Below the pieces are notes generated by a model that saw only the letters and a list, made by a program, of their open reading frames with translations, was not told the DNA's origin and ran no database searches. 64,000 nucleotides of DNA, taken from positions 9,906 through 73,905 of IMG/VR virus record IMGVR_UViG_3300037634_005573. One strand, given 5' to 3'. This document shows positions 38,445 to 48,715 of the stretch, piece by piece (positions within the stretch are counted from its first letter, which is position 1; each line of letters starts with the position of its first letter). Both the position numbers and the translations under genes were made by a program. The stretch comes from a virus (lineage: Duplodnaviria > Caudoviricetes).

Positions 38445-39617
38445 CTAGTCATGCGACTCGGCAACCTGCTGTGGTTCGTCATCGCCGGGAAGGCGAACTG
38501 CACGTTTCGGGAAGATCTCAACATGGCCGGGATCCCAGCCGATGCCCCACAGCGCGCCGGGTGTGGTACCATCAGGCATTTCGGAAGTTCGGCGCAGGGG
38601 AAAGGAGGCGCCGGTCCAGAGACTCTGTTTGTTGGACTCCTCCCGCAAAACCCACCACCAGGCAGCTTCTTCTTCGGTCATTGACTGTGGTTCTTCGGCT
38701 AATGGGTAGAGGCTCTGTGGCGGCCGGAGATCGGCCGCGAGGGCGGCGGGTTGATCGTTTTCGTCGACATTATTATGTAGGCCGCGGAGGGTTTCAGAGT
38801 TTCCTTTATCGAACTCATATTGTTGCCTCTCCTGATCGCGGTACGTAGCGACGACTCGGAATTCGTAACCTTGTTCTTTAGTGGCGGCCATTACCGCTTC
38901 GAGTCTAGCCCGGAAATTAGGTTCTAGATCCTCTAAAAGTTTAGACTGTTCGCCGGGTGGGTGATCCGGGTGTGGAGTATCCGGCTCCACAGGCGGGCCG
39001 GTGAATCCTGCGTCGGTGCTTTGAAACAAGCTTTGGGTAGTTTCGGAGGTGGTACCGACGGTATAAGTGGCATTGTTAGGCTCTTTTAATAATTCGACTA
39101 TAAAACCGTCTTTTCGAAGAGCGCGGTCGTGATAATCAACCAAAACTATTGAGCCGACGGCGACTTGGCCAACGTCGGAAGTCGGAGAAATATAGAACTT
39201 CTCCAAGAGTTTCATTTTTAGAGTATTGGATATTTTGGTTTGGACAAGGCCGTCGTCTCCGCCTTCAGGGCTTTCTATAATAGTGTCCGGAACAGAAGCA
39301 TCGTGATCTGCGACGTAGCATAACAGAGATTTCCAGCCGAACTGCGGCGACGCGGTGTCGATGACCCTTTTGTTTGAGAAATATCCGTAATCAGAAGGCC
39401 TTCCGGGCAGGTTGCGAATAGAAACCACTTTGGCCGGCCGCGGGCCAAAGTGCACCCTCTTTCGGTTAGCCCAAGAAGAGCGAATGGCCTGTTTGACCAT
39501 TGTCTCTGGCGAATGCATCTGTTCTTCCAATCCGACAATCGGGTTGGCCTCTTTGGTTGAATTCGAGTTAAATTGCTGAACTAGAAAACGCAATTCCTCT
39601 TCGGTTCTTTTCGCCAT
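38445..39617 (-). CDS. Baseplate hub-like OB-fold fused to M15-family peptidoglycan peptidase
   Basis: VAVGSIVLVDY (gp5/VgrG OB-like); TYRDQERQ, GLHN...AADL, WDPGHVE (M15 Zn-peptidase motifs). Confidence 0.7.
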   Translation of the reverse strand: MAKRTEEELRFLVQQFNSNSTKEANPIVGLEEQMHSPETMVKQAIRSSWANRKRVHFGPRPAKVVSIRNLPGRPSDYGYFSNKRVIDTASPQFGWKSLLCYVADHDASVPDTIIESPEGGDDGLVQTKISNTLKMKLLEKFYISPTSDVGQVAVGSIVLVDYHDRALRKDGFIVELLKEPNNATYTVGTTSETTQSLFQSTDAGFTGPPVEPDTPHPDHPPGEQSKLLEDLEPNFRARLEAVMAATKEQGYEFRVVATYRDQERQQYEFDKGNSETLRGLHNNVDENDQPAALAADLRPPQSLYPLAEEPQSMTEEEAAWWWVLREESNKQSLWTGASFPLRRTSEMPDGTTPGALWGIGWDPGHVEIFPKRAVRLPGDDEPQQVAESHD

Positions 39618-39919
39618 CAGTTGTTGGTGCCTTCGTTGTTGCTTTGCTGTAAGAGATCGAAGATTTCTGTCTTGTCGTGCTCGCTCAAATCTACGCTGGT
39701 GTTGCTTTGTTTCTGGATAAGGGCCGCAATCTTCACAAGTTGTTCATTTGAGCGTTGTAGAGTTTCGACATATTTGGCCGCGACAGAACCAGCATATTTA
39801 TGATTCTCTTCGTTCTTGGCCAAAAGGCGCATAACATCATCAAGAAGTTCTCTTGTGACTTCTCGATCATCTTCTATATTCTGGATTGCCTCATCGATGC
39901 GTTTTTGTAAGTCACTCAC
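39617..39919 (-). CDS. Hypothetical coiled-coil protein, 100 aa
   Basis: GTG start overlapping the sigma stop; TGATG coupling downstream. Confidence 0.7.
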   Translation of the reverse strand: MSDLQKRIDEAIQNIEDDREVTRELLDDVMRLLAKNEENHKYAGSVAAKYVETLQRSNEQLVKIAALIQKQSNTSVDLSEHDKTEIFDLLQQSNNEGTNN

Positions 39920-40629
39920 ATTTCGTCCTCATTCCAATCTATTTTAAAGTCAGCATATAATGATCTTACTCTTTTCAAACTAGCAACAACTTGTTTAGTG
40001 TTGAGGCCGGTTAGTTCCCTCAAGTATAAGTAAATAGCTTTCTTATTAAAAATTTCGATGTCATCAACAGATTCAAATAGCACTTGAATTGCTTTCAACA
40101 CTTTTTCATCATTTGGTTTTTTCGAATCTTCCAACCAATCAACCATATTGGCTTTAAGGTTGAGTAGAAACTCCTCTTCTTCGCGCTCTTTTAAGTATGT
40201 TATTCTGGTCGAGAGAAAATTTAGTTCTAGCTCCTTGGGCATTTCATATATGTCCAGTTCGGTTCTATTTCTCTTGCTTTTCTTTTTGACCTGGGCGATG
40301 AACCAATTCTTTGTGACCACCGTGAAGTAGGAGAAAGCCTTGGCCTTCTCTGGATTGAACTTATCTAGGATCGTTACGAGCCAGATCTTACATTCGGCTC
40401 GAAGTGAGTCGATGTTGGGCAAAGTTGTGAAACGATAAGTGTATACGATCTTATCCACCATCTCGCTAAAAACGGGGCCAATAAAATCTCTATATAGTTC
40501 GGTTCTCTTGCGGATATCGTCTGTAGCTACATACTCAAGAATTGCCGCGTCGTGAACCGCCGTAAAATAGTTCCGGCTGGTGCGGGAGCGCTTGCGCCTG
40601 GTCTTTTTCTTCATTGTCATTTGTATCAT
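39916..40629 (-). CDS. Phage sigma factor (T4 gp55-like late sigma)
   Basis: LDKFNPEKAKAFSYFTVVTKNWF resembles gp55/sigma region 2; exact start uncertain (40629/40620/40614). Confidence 0.75.
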   Translation of the reverse strand: MIQMTMKKKTRRKRSRTSRNYFTAVHDAAILEYVATDDIRKRTELYRDFIGPVFSEMVDKIVYTYRFTTLPNIDSLRAECKIWLVTILDKFNPEKAKAFSYFTVVTKNWFIAQVKKKSKRNRTELDIYEMPKELELNFLSTRITYLKEREEEEFLLNLKANMVDWLEDSKKPNDEKVLKAIQVLFESVDDIEIFNKKAIYLYLRELTGLNTKQVVASLKRVRSLYADFKIDWNEDEM

Positions 40630-40954
40630 TTTCCTCTATTGCCTCTAGTTCTTCGTCTGACATCTCTGCTAAATCTATCATATCTCCGAATTCATCAAGT
40701 CGATCCATAAGATGGACTGAATGTTTCATTAACCCGCCGAGGGTTTCGTCTCCGTAAAACATCTCTAGTTCTCCGATCCCTTTCAGGTGAGAAGAGAAAC
40801 TAATCACCTCATTGTTAATTTTGATGAATATTTCGGATACTTCGGCAAGTTGTTTGAGAAGGTATCTAATATATAACAACAGAAATATGACAAAAACGCC
40901 AGAAAAAAGAAATGCTAATGTCCAAAGATTGAAAACTATCTCCATTCCACCCAT
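40535..40954 (-). CDS. Hypothetical membrane-anchored protein
   Basis: N-terminal TM LWTLAFLFSGVFVIFLLLYI; acidic tail overlaps the sigma 5' end; start uncertain. Confidence 0.65.
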   Translation of the reverse strand: MGGMEIVFNLWTLAFLFSGVFVIFLLLYIRYLLKQLAEVSEIFIKINNEVISFSSHLKGIGELEMFYGDETLGGLMKHSVHLMDRLDEFGDMIDLAEMSDEELEAIEENDTNDNEEKDQAQALPHQPELFYGGSRRGNS

Positions 40955-40955
40955 A

Positions 40956-41210
40956 CTAAGCGTCATTTTTATATTCCTTTTTTAAACTTTGTTTTTCTTC
41001 GGCGATTGCTCGTTTTGTGCTTTCTATATATTCTTTAACTAGTTCGCCGGTTTTCTGTAATTTGTTTGTTGTTTTTGAATAAGGAATAGAAGGAACAATG
41101 TGAACCAGTTCTGACGAGCACAGTTCACATTGCTCCAACTTTTCCACCATACCGTGAAAGGCTTCGAAATACTGTTCGCAATCGGAACAGTGATAATTAT
41201 ACCTCGGCAT
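40956..41210 (-). CDS. FmdB-family zinc-ribbon protein
   Basis: MPRYNYHCSDC...FE...CELC. Confidence 0.8.
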   Translation of the reverse strand: MPRYNYHCSDCEQYFEAFHGMVEKLEQCELCSSELVHIVPSIPYSKTTNKLQKTGELVKEYIESTKRAIAEEKQSLKKEYKNDA

Positions 41211-41403
41211 GGTCCTCTTCATCGGTCGGTTGGTTGCCCAATTTCACGATGGGAGGGTTTATAACCACTAGGCCGTCCTCTGATAGCTTAAAACGGAATC
41301 CTTTGACTACCGGAACAATATCGCTCTGCTCCAATAAGGATCGTTGTAAGGCCATCATAAGGGCTCCTACGGCTTGGTCTGTTAAATTTAATTCTTTACT
41401 CAT
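41197..41403 (-). CDS. Hypothetical protein, 68 aa
   Basis: Strong SD AAGGAG. Confidence 0.7.
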   Translation of the reverse strand: MSKELNLTDQAVGALMMALQRSLLEQSDIVPVVKGFRFKLSEDGLVVINPPIVKLGNQPTDEEDHAEV

Positions 41404-41481
41404 TTTTAATCTCCTTTTGTAATTCTATAACTATCTGAATCAAAATATACTCTTTTCTTCACTCATTGTTTTTCTCCTTTT
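41392..41481 (-). repeat. Imperfect direct repeat of an SD+start (23/27 nt), with minigene MSEEKSIF* at 41440-41466
   Basis: AAAAGGAGAAAAACAATGAGTGAAGAA (41481-41455) vs AAAAGGAGATTAAAAATGAGTAAAGAA (41418-41392). Confidence 0.55.
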
Positions 41482-42304
41482 TTGATATCGCTCTTCCAAC
41501 AAGCTCCTCCCAATCTCTTTCAGGTCGAACTTGTAAATTTTTCTCCCACACCGCGTCTAAAACAGTAGAATTAACCCCAGCGTCCTTGATAAAACGAGAA
41601 AAAGCGCTAATGTCCTTTGGAAAACAAGAGCCTCCAAAACCACGCTTACCGTCTGGTCCGGGAACCCTCCAATGGCTTTTGCCAAACCTATGATCTAAAG
41701 TTACATACCTAATGACTTCATTATACTCCACCCCTGAGGCTCTACAAATGTCATATATTTCATTAGCATATGAAACTTTTGTAGCCATGAAAGTATTTGC
41801 AACATATTTAATCATCTCGGCTGTTTTAGAATCAGTCTGAATGTATCTCTTGTCCGGGTATGCCTCTTTAAAAACTCTCTTTACTTCTCTGGTTGCCTCT
41901 GGGCTGCCTCCCAATATAATCCTATCCACATTGTGAAAATCATCTAAGTAGTTTGCTTCTGTCAGGAATTCGGGACTAAAAACTACTTCTATGTTTGTAT
42001 ATTTTTTATTTAAATAGTCGGCGGTGCCAGGGGGGACTGTGGATTTTATAACTGCGATGTTGCCATTATCCGCCTCATTAATTTCAGATACTACAGATTC
42101 CACTATACTTATATTGCAACTACCGTCTGGATCCATGGGTGTAGGGACACAAACGAACACTATTTTCGCAAAATTACAAAGCTCTTCTATACTTTCGTAA
42201 GTGCTGTCTTGATATTTATCATATGTTGCGACAGGAATATTATCCTTAAAACCATAATATATTGCTTTGCCAACATAACCATTTCCCACAATTCCTAGTT
42301 TCAT
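41459..42304 (-). CDS. UDP-glucose/GDP-mannose dehydrogenase family protein (short form)
   Basis: GNGYVG, SPEFL, KYVANTFMATKVSYANE, GFGGSCFPKD. Confidence 0.9.
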   Translation of the reverse strand: MKLGIVGNGYVGKAIYYGFKDNIPVATYDKYQDSTYESIEELCNFAKIVFVCVPTPMDPDGSCNISIVESVVSEINEADNGNIAVIKSTVPPGTADYLNKKYTNIEVVFSPEFLTEANYLDDFHNVDRIILGGSPEATREVKRVFKEAYPDKRYIQTDSKTAEMIKYVANTFMATKVSYANEIYDICRASGVEYNEVIRYVTLDHRFGKSHWRVPGPDGKRGFGGSCFPKDISAFSRFIKDAGVNSTVLDAVWEKNLQVRPERDWEELVGRAISKKEKNNE

Positions 42305-43149
42305 GAAATGCCCCTAATATATGAGCGTAAATCTTGCTCTGGCTTCCACTTTAACAAATTAATAGTTTTGGAATTGTCGGCCAAAGAGATTCTAGATTCA
42401 CCGGGTCGAGGGGGGATGTAAGTTTTTTCATGGTCATACATATCAGCCAGTTGATTTATAGAATAATTTATTCCTGTTCCCAAGTTAAATATCTCAGCAT
42501 CCCACTCATCGAAGCTAGCTAATTCGAGGCCGGCGCAAATGTCCTTAACATGCGTAAAATCTCTTCTTTGCTCGCCATCACCCACAATCGTTAAAGGAAT
42601 GCCGGCCTTGCGTTGTTTTTCGAATATAGCAATGACTGGTGCGTATTGGCCAGTAGTTGGGTTTCTTGGTCCATATACATTGAAAAATCTCATGATAACT
42701 GTGCTGACATCGTACACCTTGGAATACATCTTACATATTTCTTCTCCTTGCCATTTAGCAAAGGCATAGGGGTTTAGATACACGCCGCCATAATAGGAGC
42801 TAGATCCGGCATACACAACTTTACAATTTTTTCTTCTGGCATACTCGCAAACCACCGCTGTATTAAGTGCATTATTTTTACAAGTATAGACGGGCTCTTC
42901 AAAACTATACTGAATTCTAGCCTCGGCTGCAAGATGAAATATAATATCGATTGATTCTTTAATTGTGAACATGTCTGACATTATTTCTTCAACATCTCCA
43001 AAATAATACTTTACATCCTCACGACAATATTCTTTGCTGCCAGTAGATAAATTATCTACTACTATAACTGAGTATCCCTTGCCAACAAGATAATCAACAA
43101 GGTTACTGCCTATAAAACCACAACCCCCTGTCACTAAGACATTTTTCAT
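42301..43149 (-). CDS. NAD-dependent sugar epimerase/dehydratase
   Basis: TGGCGFIG, YAFAK, RFFNVYG, RDFTHV. Confidence 0.9.
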   Translation of the reverse strand: MKNVLVTGGCGFIGSNLVDYLVGKGYSVIVVDNLSTGSKEYCREDVKYYFGDVEEIMSDMFTIKESIDIIFHLAAEARIQYSFEEPVYTCKNNALNTAVVCEYARRKNCKVVYAGSSSYYGGVYLNPYAFAKWQGEEICKMYSKVYDVSTVIMRFFNVYGPRNPTTGQYAPVIAIFEKQRKAGIPLTIVGDGEQRRDFTHVKDICAGLELASFDEWDAEIFNLGTGINYSINQLADMYDHEKTYIPPRPGESRISLADNSKTINLLKWKPEQDLRSYIRGIS

Positions 43150-44144
43150 TTTTTATTGCTCCAAAAACTGTAAATACCTTTGTCTAATTCATACTCGTTC
43201 CAAACAAATCTTTCTCTCATGGGCTGTTTTTTAGCCCAGTCCCACATTTCAGTCAAGCCCTCTGTTAGGTTAGTTTTGTGTTGAAAGTCTAGCAGATCTA
43301 CTGATTTTTGATACTTGGGAATCGAATGTTTAACTTCGTGCCTCTGTTCAAGATGTGTTACTTCTCCATAGCCAATTATTGTTCTAAGTACTTCATTAGC
43401 CTCTTTGATAGAGTGTTGCTCTATTCCACCTAGATTGATAATTTGTTTTGAGGCGCGTTGGTCAACAGCCGCTTTCCAAAGAGGTAATAAGGAGTCATCA
43501 ATGTAGCTAAATGACCTTGTTTGCAAACCATCTCCAAAGATAGTGTAATCCATATTGTTCAGGGCTTGGTACATCCAAATACCCAAAACGTTTCTATATT
43601 TATCCCATATGTTTTGGTTTTTGCCGTAGACATTGTGAGGCCTTATGATACACCAATCAAGATCATGCTGTTCGCCAGCTATTTGTATGTCCATCTCGCA
43701 AGCATATTTAGCAACTCCGTATGGGTCTATGGGTGTAGGCTTTTGGTCTTCATCAAAATAACCACCATAACCATGACCATAGACAGCCATTGATGAAGTA
43801 AAAACAATTCTTTTGACGTTATTTTTTATACACTCATTAACAATTAATGCTGTGGACTTTAAATTATTATCATAGTTGAAAGATCTAATAAAAGGAGATA
43901 AGCCTTCGGCTGCATAGGCTGCAAAATGAAAAACATAATCTGGCTTTTCTCCTTTGAAAATTAATGATAAATCAGGATCTAAAATATTTTTATTATAGAA
44001 TTTTACTCTATTATCCACGTTTTGCAAATAACCGCCGCTCAAATCATCGATCCCAATGACTTCATCAGCAAGTTTATTAGCTAGTACAAAATCTGCCAAT
44101 CTTGAACCAAGCAACCCAGCAACACCAGTTATTAAAATTTTCAT
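43146..44144 (-). CDS. NAD-dependent sugar epimerase/dehydratase
   Basis: TGVAGLLG, YGVAK, RPHNVYG. Confidence 0.9.
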   Translation of the reverse strand: MKILITGVAGLLGSRLADFVLANKLADEVIGIDDLSGGYLQNVDNRVKFYNKNILDPDLSLIFKGEKPDYVFHFAAYAAEGLSPFIRSFNYDNNLKSTALIVNECIKNNVKRIVFTSSMAVYGHGYGGYFDEDQKPTPIDPYGVAKYACEMDIQIAGEQHDLDWCIIRPHNVYGKNQNIWDKYRNVLGIWMYQALNNMDYTIFGDGLQTRSFSYIDDSLLPLWKAAVDQRASKQIINLGGIEQHSIKEANEVLRTIIGYGEVTHLEQRHEVKHSIPKYQKSVDLLDFQHKTNLTEGLTEMWDWAKKQPMRERFVWNEYELDKGIYSFWSNKK

Positions 44145-44882
44145 CTATTGTTCTCCTGTTGGCAGAGTAGAGTTGTGGTTTAAGAAATATTTATGTATTT
44201 CATATAAACATCTGGGATCTATCGTATGCTGAAAATAGTAATGGTGACAAGTTGGATCAAATACGAAATTTTCAGACTTTATTGCTTCGTAATTTGTATC
44301 TACTATTGGAGCATCAACAATATCAACGTTAAAAATTTCCGTTAACATAGCGCCAATAGAAACATCATCCATTACAAATCTATGGCCGTGATGAGGGTAA
44401 ATAATTCTATTTTTATTTAATACAATTTTTTCTACTAAATCTCTTGAAATCATAAACCCTGAGCCAGATGCGTAAGCGGGGAGTTTCTTGTTGAGACTTT
44501 GGTGACCAAAATATAATTCTTTATTTGGTAATGTGTTTGCTATTTTACACAGTATATCTAAATTTATATAGCTTCCACAATTTGGTCGATAAATATAATC
44601 AAACTCTAAGTTATTAACACAATATTCAAAAAAGGCTATTGTCTTATATATGATATTTTCTCTTGTTTCCGGGTAGTTGTGATAAAAACAATCTCCTTTC
44701 AACGAAGTACAAGTGCCGGGAGAGATAGCTTCATAATCTGGTGTATTGCCATAAATATAAAAAACGGATACGTCTTTCGGCATAGCGGACTCTGAATAAC
44801 AAGTTTCTCGGCATGCTCGTACCATATTGTCATAGCCGCCGGCCATCGAAGCTAAAACGCCTACAATAATTTTATTTGACAT
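44145..44882 (-). CDS. Glycosyltransferase-like (GT31-like GT-A)
   Basis: [34 protein letters not shown]; start MSNKII preferred. Confidence 0.6.
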   Translation of the reverse strand: MSNKIIVGVLASMAGGYDNMVRACRETCYSESAMPKDVSVFYIYGNTPDYEAISPGTCTSLKGDCFYHNYPETRENIIYKTIAFFEYCVNNLEFDYIYRPNCGSYINLDILCKIANTLPNKELYFGHQSLNKKLPAYASGSGFMISRDLVEKIVLNKNRIIYPHHGHRFVMDDVSIGAMLTEIFNVDIVDAPIVDTNYEAIKSENFVFDPTCHHYYFQHTIDPRCLYEIHKYFLNHNSTLPTGEQ

Positions 44883-45849
44883 AACTGCTCCTCTGTTGCT
44901 CCAAGTCGTATTCATACATCATGTGAGCTAAGTCTTTAAATTTCATTTTTGGAGACCAATTAAGCTTTTCTTTTGCTTTTGATGCATCACCAAGTAGAAT
45001 TGGAACTTCGTGTGGTCTGAAAAGTCTTTGATCAATTCTAACATGCTTGTCTATGTCTAAACCAGCATAATTAAAGACACACGCCAAAAATTCTCGGACT
45101 GTATATGATTCTCCGGTTGCCACAACATAGTCATCTGGGCTATCCTGTTGTAACATCAACCACATCATCTCAACATAATCGCCAGCAAATCCCCAATCAC
45201 GCATGGCGTCTAAGTTACCAAGATAAAGTTTATCCTGCAATCCAAGTTTGATTCTTGCAGCGGCCATAGTAATCTTACGCGTGACAAATGTTTCGCCTCT
45301 TCGTGGAGATTCGTGATTAAAAAGTATACCAGATGATGCATGTAGCCCATAAGACTCTCTATAATTCCTTATGAGGTGATGTGCATAAACTTTGGCGCAT
45401 GCATATGGGGAAGCAGGTTGAAGCGCCGTAGACTCATTTTGAGGGCTTGTCGGGTTATCACCAAACATCTCCGATGAGGAGGCTTGATAAAAGCGAGAGT
45501 TTGGAACGATATGTCGCATAGCTTCCAGTAAACGTAATGTTCCCATCACGATTGTGTCTGTTGTGCTTTCAGGAACCTCAAAAGATACCCGGACGTGAGA
45601 CTGAGCAGCGAGATTATATATTTCATCGGGCTTATATTCGTTTAACAATCTCCACATACAGCCCGAGTCATTTAATTCAAAATACCTCATGCTAAAATTT
45701 GGATGTTCAAAAATGTGATCCAAGCGTTCAGTACAGATAGTGGACGTTCTTCTTTTCAAGCCCACAACCCTATATCCTTTATTTAACAGCAGTGCAGCAA
45801 GATATGAACCATCTTGTCCAGTTACTCCTGTTATTAATGCCGTTTTCAA
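44872..45849 (-). CDS. gmd: GDP-mannose 4,6-dehydratase
   Basis: [50 protein letters not shown]; TTG start with GAGGGG SD overlapping the fcl stop. Confidence 0.95.
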   Translation of the reverse strand: MKTALITGVTGQDGSYLAALLLNKGYRVVGLKRRTSTICTERLDHIFEHPNFSMRYFELNDSGCMWRLLNEYKPDEIYNLAAQSHVRVSFEVPESTTDTIVMGTLRLLEAMRHIVPNSRFYQASSSEMFGDNPTSPQNESTALQPASPYACAKVYAHHLIRNYRESYGLHASSGILFNHESPRRGETFVTRKITMAAARIKLGLQDKLYLGNLDAMRDWGFAGDYVEMMWLMLQQDSPDDYVVATGESYTVREFLACVFNYAGLDIDKHVRIDQRLFRPHEVPILLGDASKAKEKLNWSPKMKFKDLAHMMYEYDLEQQRSSYVK

Positions 45850-46781
45850 GAGACCCCTCTTATGTCCGGATACTTTAATATAACCCATTCACAAGTTTTA
45901 GTCAAGCCTTTTTCTAAAGAAATATACCACTTTTTATCCCAACCTAAATCTAATAGCTTTCGATTAGAACTAGGTTTCCTGTGCTGGCCAGATGGCATTC
46001 GCGTATCCCACTTTACCTTACCGTTATATTCCAAAATGGAACAAATCATTTCTACAACTTGTTTAATAGAATATTCTTCGGTGTTTCCAATATTAATTGG
46101 TTCCGGTTCATTGTAGTTTTCTAATAAAAAAATTAGTATTTTAACTATATCTTCAGAATATGTGAATTCTCTTAATGGCGAACCGTCCCCCCAGCATTCT
46201 ATAAATGGCTTATTATTTATTTTTGCTTCCCATACCTTTCTTATAATCGCTGGTACGACGTGGCTATTCTCTAAATCAAAATTATCATTTTCACCGTAAA
46301 GGTTATTTGGAATAGCTGTAATGAAGTTGCATCCATATTGTTGGCGATACGCACGAGACATAACGTCTACCATTCTTTTTGCGTATGCGTAACCAAAGTT
46401 AGACGGGTGCGGTGGGCCGAGATGCAGTTGGTTCTCGGTAAGGGGGTAGGTTATATAGGGCGCATCAGGGTAAACACATGTAGAAAGAAGAGATACTACC
46501 TTACTTGCTCCCCCAAGGTGACATGCGGATAATATCTTTTCATTTAACGCAGAGTTTTGATTATAAAAATCTGCTACTTGCTCTGTGTTTGCTTTGACCC
46601 CACCAACCTTTGCCGCAAGATGGATTACGTTTTTCCCTCCAAATTCTTGTTTATGGAAAATTCTTTTTAACATAAAGCGTAGTTCTTGGCGCGCTGGGTA
46701 AACGGCATCTGGTAAGACTTGTTTGAACGCAGAACCAACCAGGCCTGAGCCACCGGTTATAAGTAAGTCACTACTCTTCAT
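45846..46781 (-). CDS. fcl: GDP-L-fucose synthase
   Basis: [35 protein letters not shown]...[13 protein letters not shown]. Confidence 0.92.
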   Translation of the reverse strand: MKSSDLLITGGSGLVGSAFKQVLPDAVYPARQELRFMLKRIFHKQEFGGKNVIHLAAKVGGVKANTEQVADFYNQNSALNEKILSACHLGGASKVVSLLSTCVYPDAPYITYPLTENQLHLGPPHPSNFGYAYAKRMVDVMSRAYRQQYGCNFITAIPNNLYGENDNFDLENSHVVPAIIRKVWEAKINNKPFIECWGDGSPLREFTYSEDIVKILIFLLENYNEPEPINIGNTEEYSIKQVVEMICSILEYNGKVKWDTRMPSGQHRKPSSNRKLLDLGWDKKWYISLEKGLTKTCEWVILKYPDIRGVS

Positions 46782-47880
46782 AACTATTCAAGACCTCGCA
46801 CAAATATTCTATCTCCTCTAGCGTTATGAAGGGATGAATTGGCAAACTAACAGAATGTTTTCCGTAATATAACGATTGTTTATTTGGGGTAGATAAGTGT
46901 GTATACATTGGCATTTCTTCTATACATGTGGGATAATGCATGCCCCATTGCACTCCATTGTTTGTTAAATGGTCAGATAACTTTATTCTATCTTCGACTC
47001 TTACAGGATATACATGGTGTACTGGTGTGCAGTTAGGCGGAGTTTTGGGCAAAATTATAGAGTTGTTTACTATCTTATTTTCATACTTCGAAACAACATC
47101 CCTCCTCATTTGGTTCCAGCGGTCAATATAGTTCAGCTTTTCTTTTAATATTATTGCTTGGATAGTGTCTAAGCGGTGGTTGCCGCCTCGTATCTCATGC
47201 TCGTTCTTATTTAGCGAGCCTATGTTCCTTAATCTAAGAAGTTTTTGATATATTTGTTCACTATTAGTAGTAACGATCCCAGCGTCACCAGCAGCCCCCA
47301 AGTTTTTACCGGGATAAAGAGAGAAAGCTGCCACATCCCCAAAACTACCAACCATCTGGTCTCTCCACTTAGCGCCGTGTGCCTGTGAGGCGTCTTCTAT
47401 AACTTGGCAGTCATACTCTTTTGCTAAGTTCATTAAATCATCCATGTTACACGAATAACCATATAGGTGAACTGGTACTAGTACCATATTGTCGTATAAA
47501 TGGCGATTGGCTACTACTATCTCCCTAACCTTGTGTGGGTCAACCTGATAGTATTCATCGCAGTCCACAAGAATGTATTTACAGTTTGGGTAGGCCTGCT
47601 CTATGCCCATCAACGTAGCCACATACGTATATGCTGGTACTATAAAGCAAGTCTTGCCTGGAAGTGACAGCGACTGTGCCGATAATTTTAATGCATCAGT
47701 GCCGCTAGAGACTCCAACGGCATACCTACAGCCTACATATTTTGCGAACTGCTCTTCAAACTCCCGCACCTCTTCACCAAGTATAAAGTTTGATTTTTCA
47801 AATAACGACTCAAAACCTAATAAACAATTTTTTTTAATTATTTGCCACTGAGCATTTAAATTATTAAACGCAACCTTCAT
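46771..47880 (-). CDS. DegT/DnrJ/EryC1/StrS PLP sugar aminotransferase
   Basis: PVHLYG, IEDASQAHGA, FSLYPGKNLGAAGDAG. Confidence 0.93.
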   Translation of the reverse strand: MKVAFNNLNAQWQIIKKNCLLGFESLFEKSNFILGEEVREFEEQFAKYVGCRYAVGVSSGTDALKLSAQSLSLPGKTCFIVPAYTYVATLMGIEQAYPNCKYILVDCDEYYQVDPHKVREIVVANRHLYDNMVLVPVHLYGYSCNMDDLMNLAKEYDCQVIEDASQAHGAKWRDQMVGSFGDVAAFSLYPGKNLGAAGDAGIVTTNSEQIYQKLLRLRNIGSLNKNEHEIRGGNHRLDTIQAIILKEKLNYIDRWNQMRRDVVSKYENKIVNNSIILPKTPPNCTPVHHVYPVRVEDRIKLSDHLTNNGVQWGMHYPTCIEEMPMYTHLSTPNKQSLYYGKHSVSLPIHPFITLEEIEYLCEVLNSYEE

Positions 47881-48715
47881 TTTCTAAAATCCTTATTGTT
47901 TGTAGAGTTAGCTCTTTTTGTTTGTCATGATTATAGCTATCATTTAAAAATACATCAATGCTCTTCTCCAGAGGAGAATAACTTGATACTTCACAATTGT
48001 CAATTCCAAAAATAACACTTTTTTCTATGTCATCCCAATATAAAAATTTATCACCTATCTCCATGCTACAGAGGCGGTCTTTTTTGCCATATTCCCAGCT
48101 AGAATTTATTTGTACCGTTGTGTCCGAAAATGTTAACACTCCCGTAGAGCTATCGAATTGTTTAGACTTTTTGTTTCTACTAAAATCTAACCAACGAACA
48201 TCTGTCGGTCTTTCGCCAAGCAGATACAATGCTATGGAAACATCATGACTGCACAGGTCCCATCGTGCCGTTGTGTCCTCTCTGGCAGGGCCATAGTTTA
48301 ATCTATTAAAAATAATATTTTTTGGCTTTCCATAATTTTTAATAACTTCTTTTATAGTCTGGACGCATGGGTTATAAACAAATACCCAATCTACAAACAG
48401 TCTAGCACCATTCTCTGTTGCTATCTCATACAAATTACTGGAACTTTTCGTATCTAAGGTCAGGGGCTTTTCGCAAAATACATCAACCCCTTTTTGCAAA
48501 AAATACTTACAAATCTCATAATGCTCTCGTGATGGGACTGCTACAAACACCATGTCGCACTCTAATTGTTTATAATCTTTAACAACTTTGTAACGCTTTT
48601 GGTTTGTGGGCAGCTTTTCACATATTGTAATATCACACCTATCCCCCACAAGGGATTCTATATTTTTTAGTAATATTCTACCCCAATAACCGTATCCAAC
48701 TAAACCTATCTTCAT
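47864..48715 (-). CDS. Gfo/Idh/MocA-family oxidoreductase
   Basis: GYGYWG, VFCEKPL, DLCSHD. Confidence 0.88.
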   Translation of the reverse strand: MKIGLVGYGYWGRILLKNIESLVGDRCDITICEKLPTNQKRYKVVKDYKQLECDMVFVAVPSREHYEICKYFLQKGVDVFCEKPLTLDTKSSSNLYEIATENGARLFVDWVFVYNPCVQTIKEVIKNYGKPKNIIFNRLNYGPAREDTTARWDLCSHDVSIALYLLGERPTDVRWLDFSRNKKSKQFDSSTGVLTFSDTTVQINSSWEYGKKDRLCSMEIGDKFLYWDDIEKSVIFGIDNCEVSSYSPLEKSIDVFLNDSYNHDKQKELTLQTIRILENEGCV

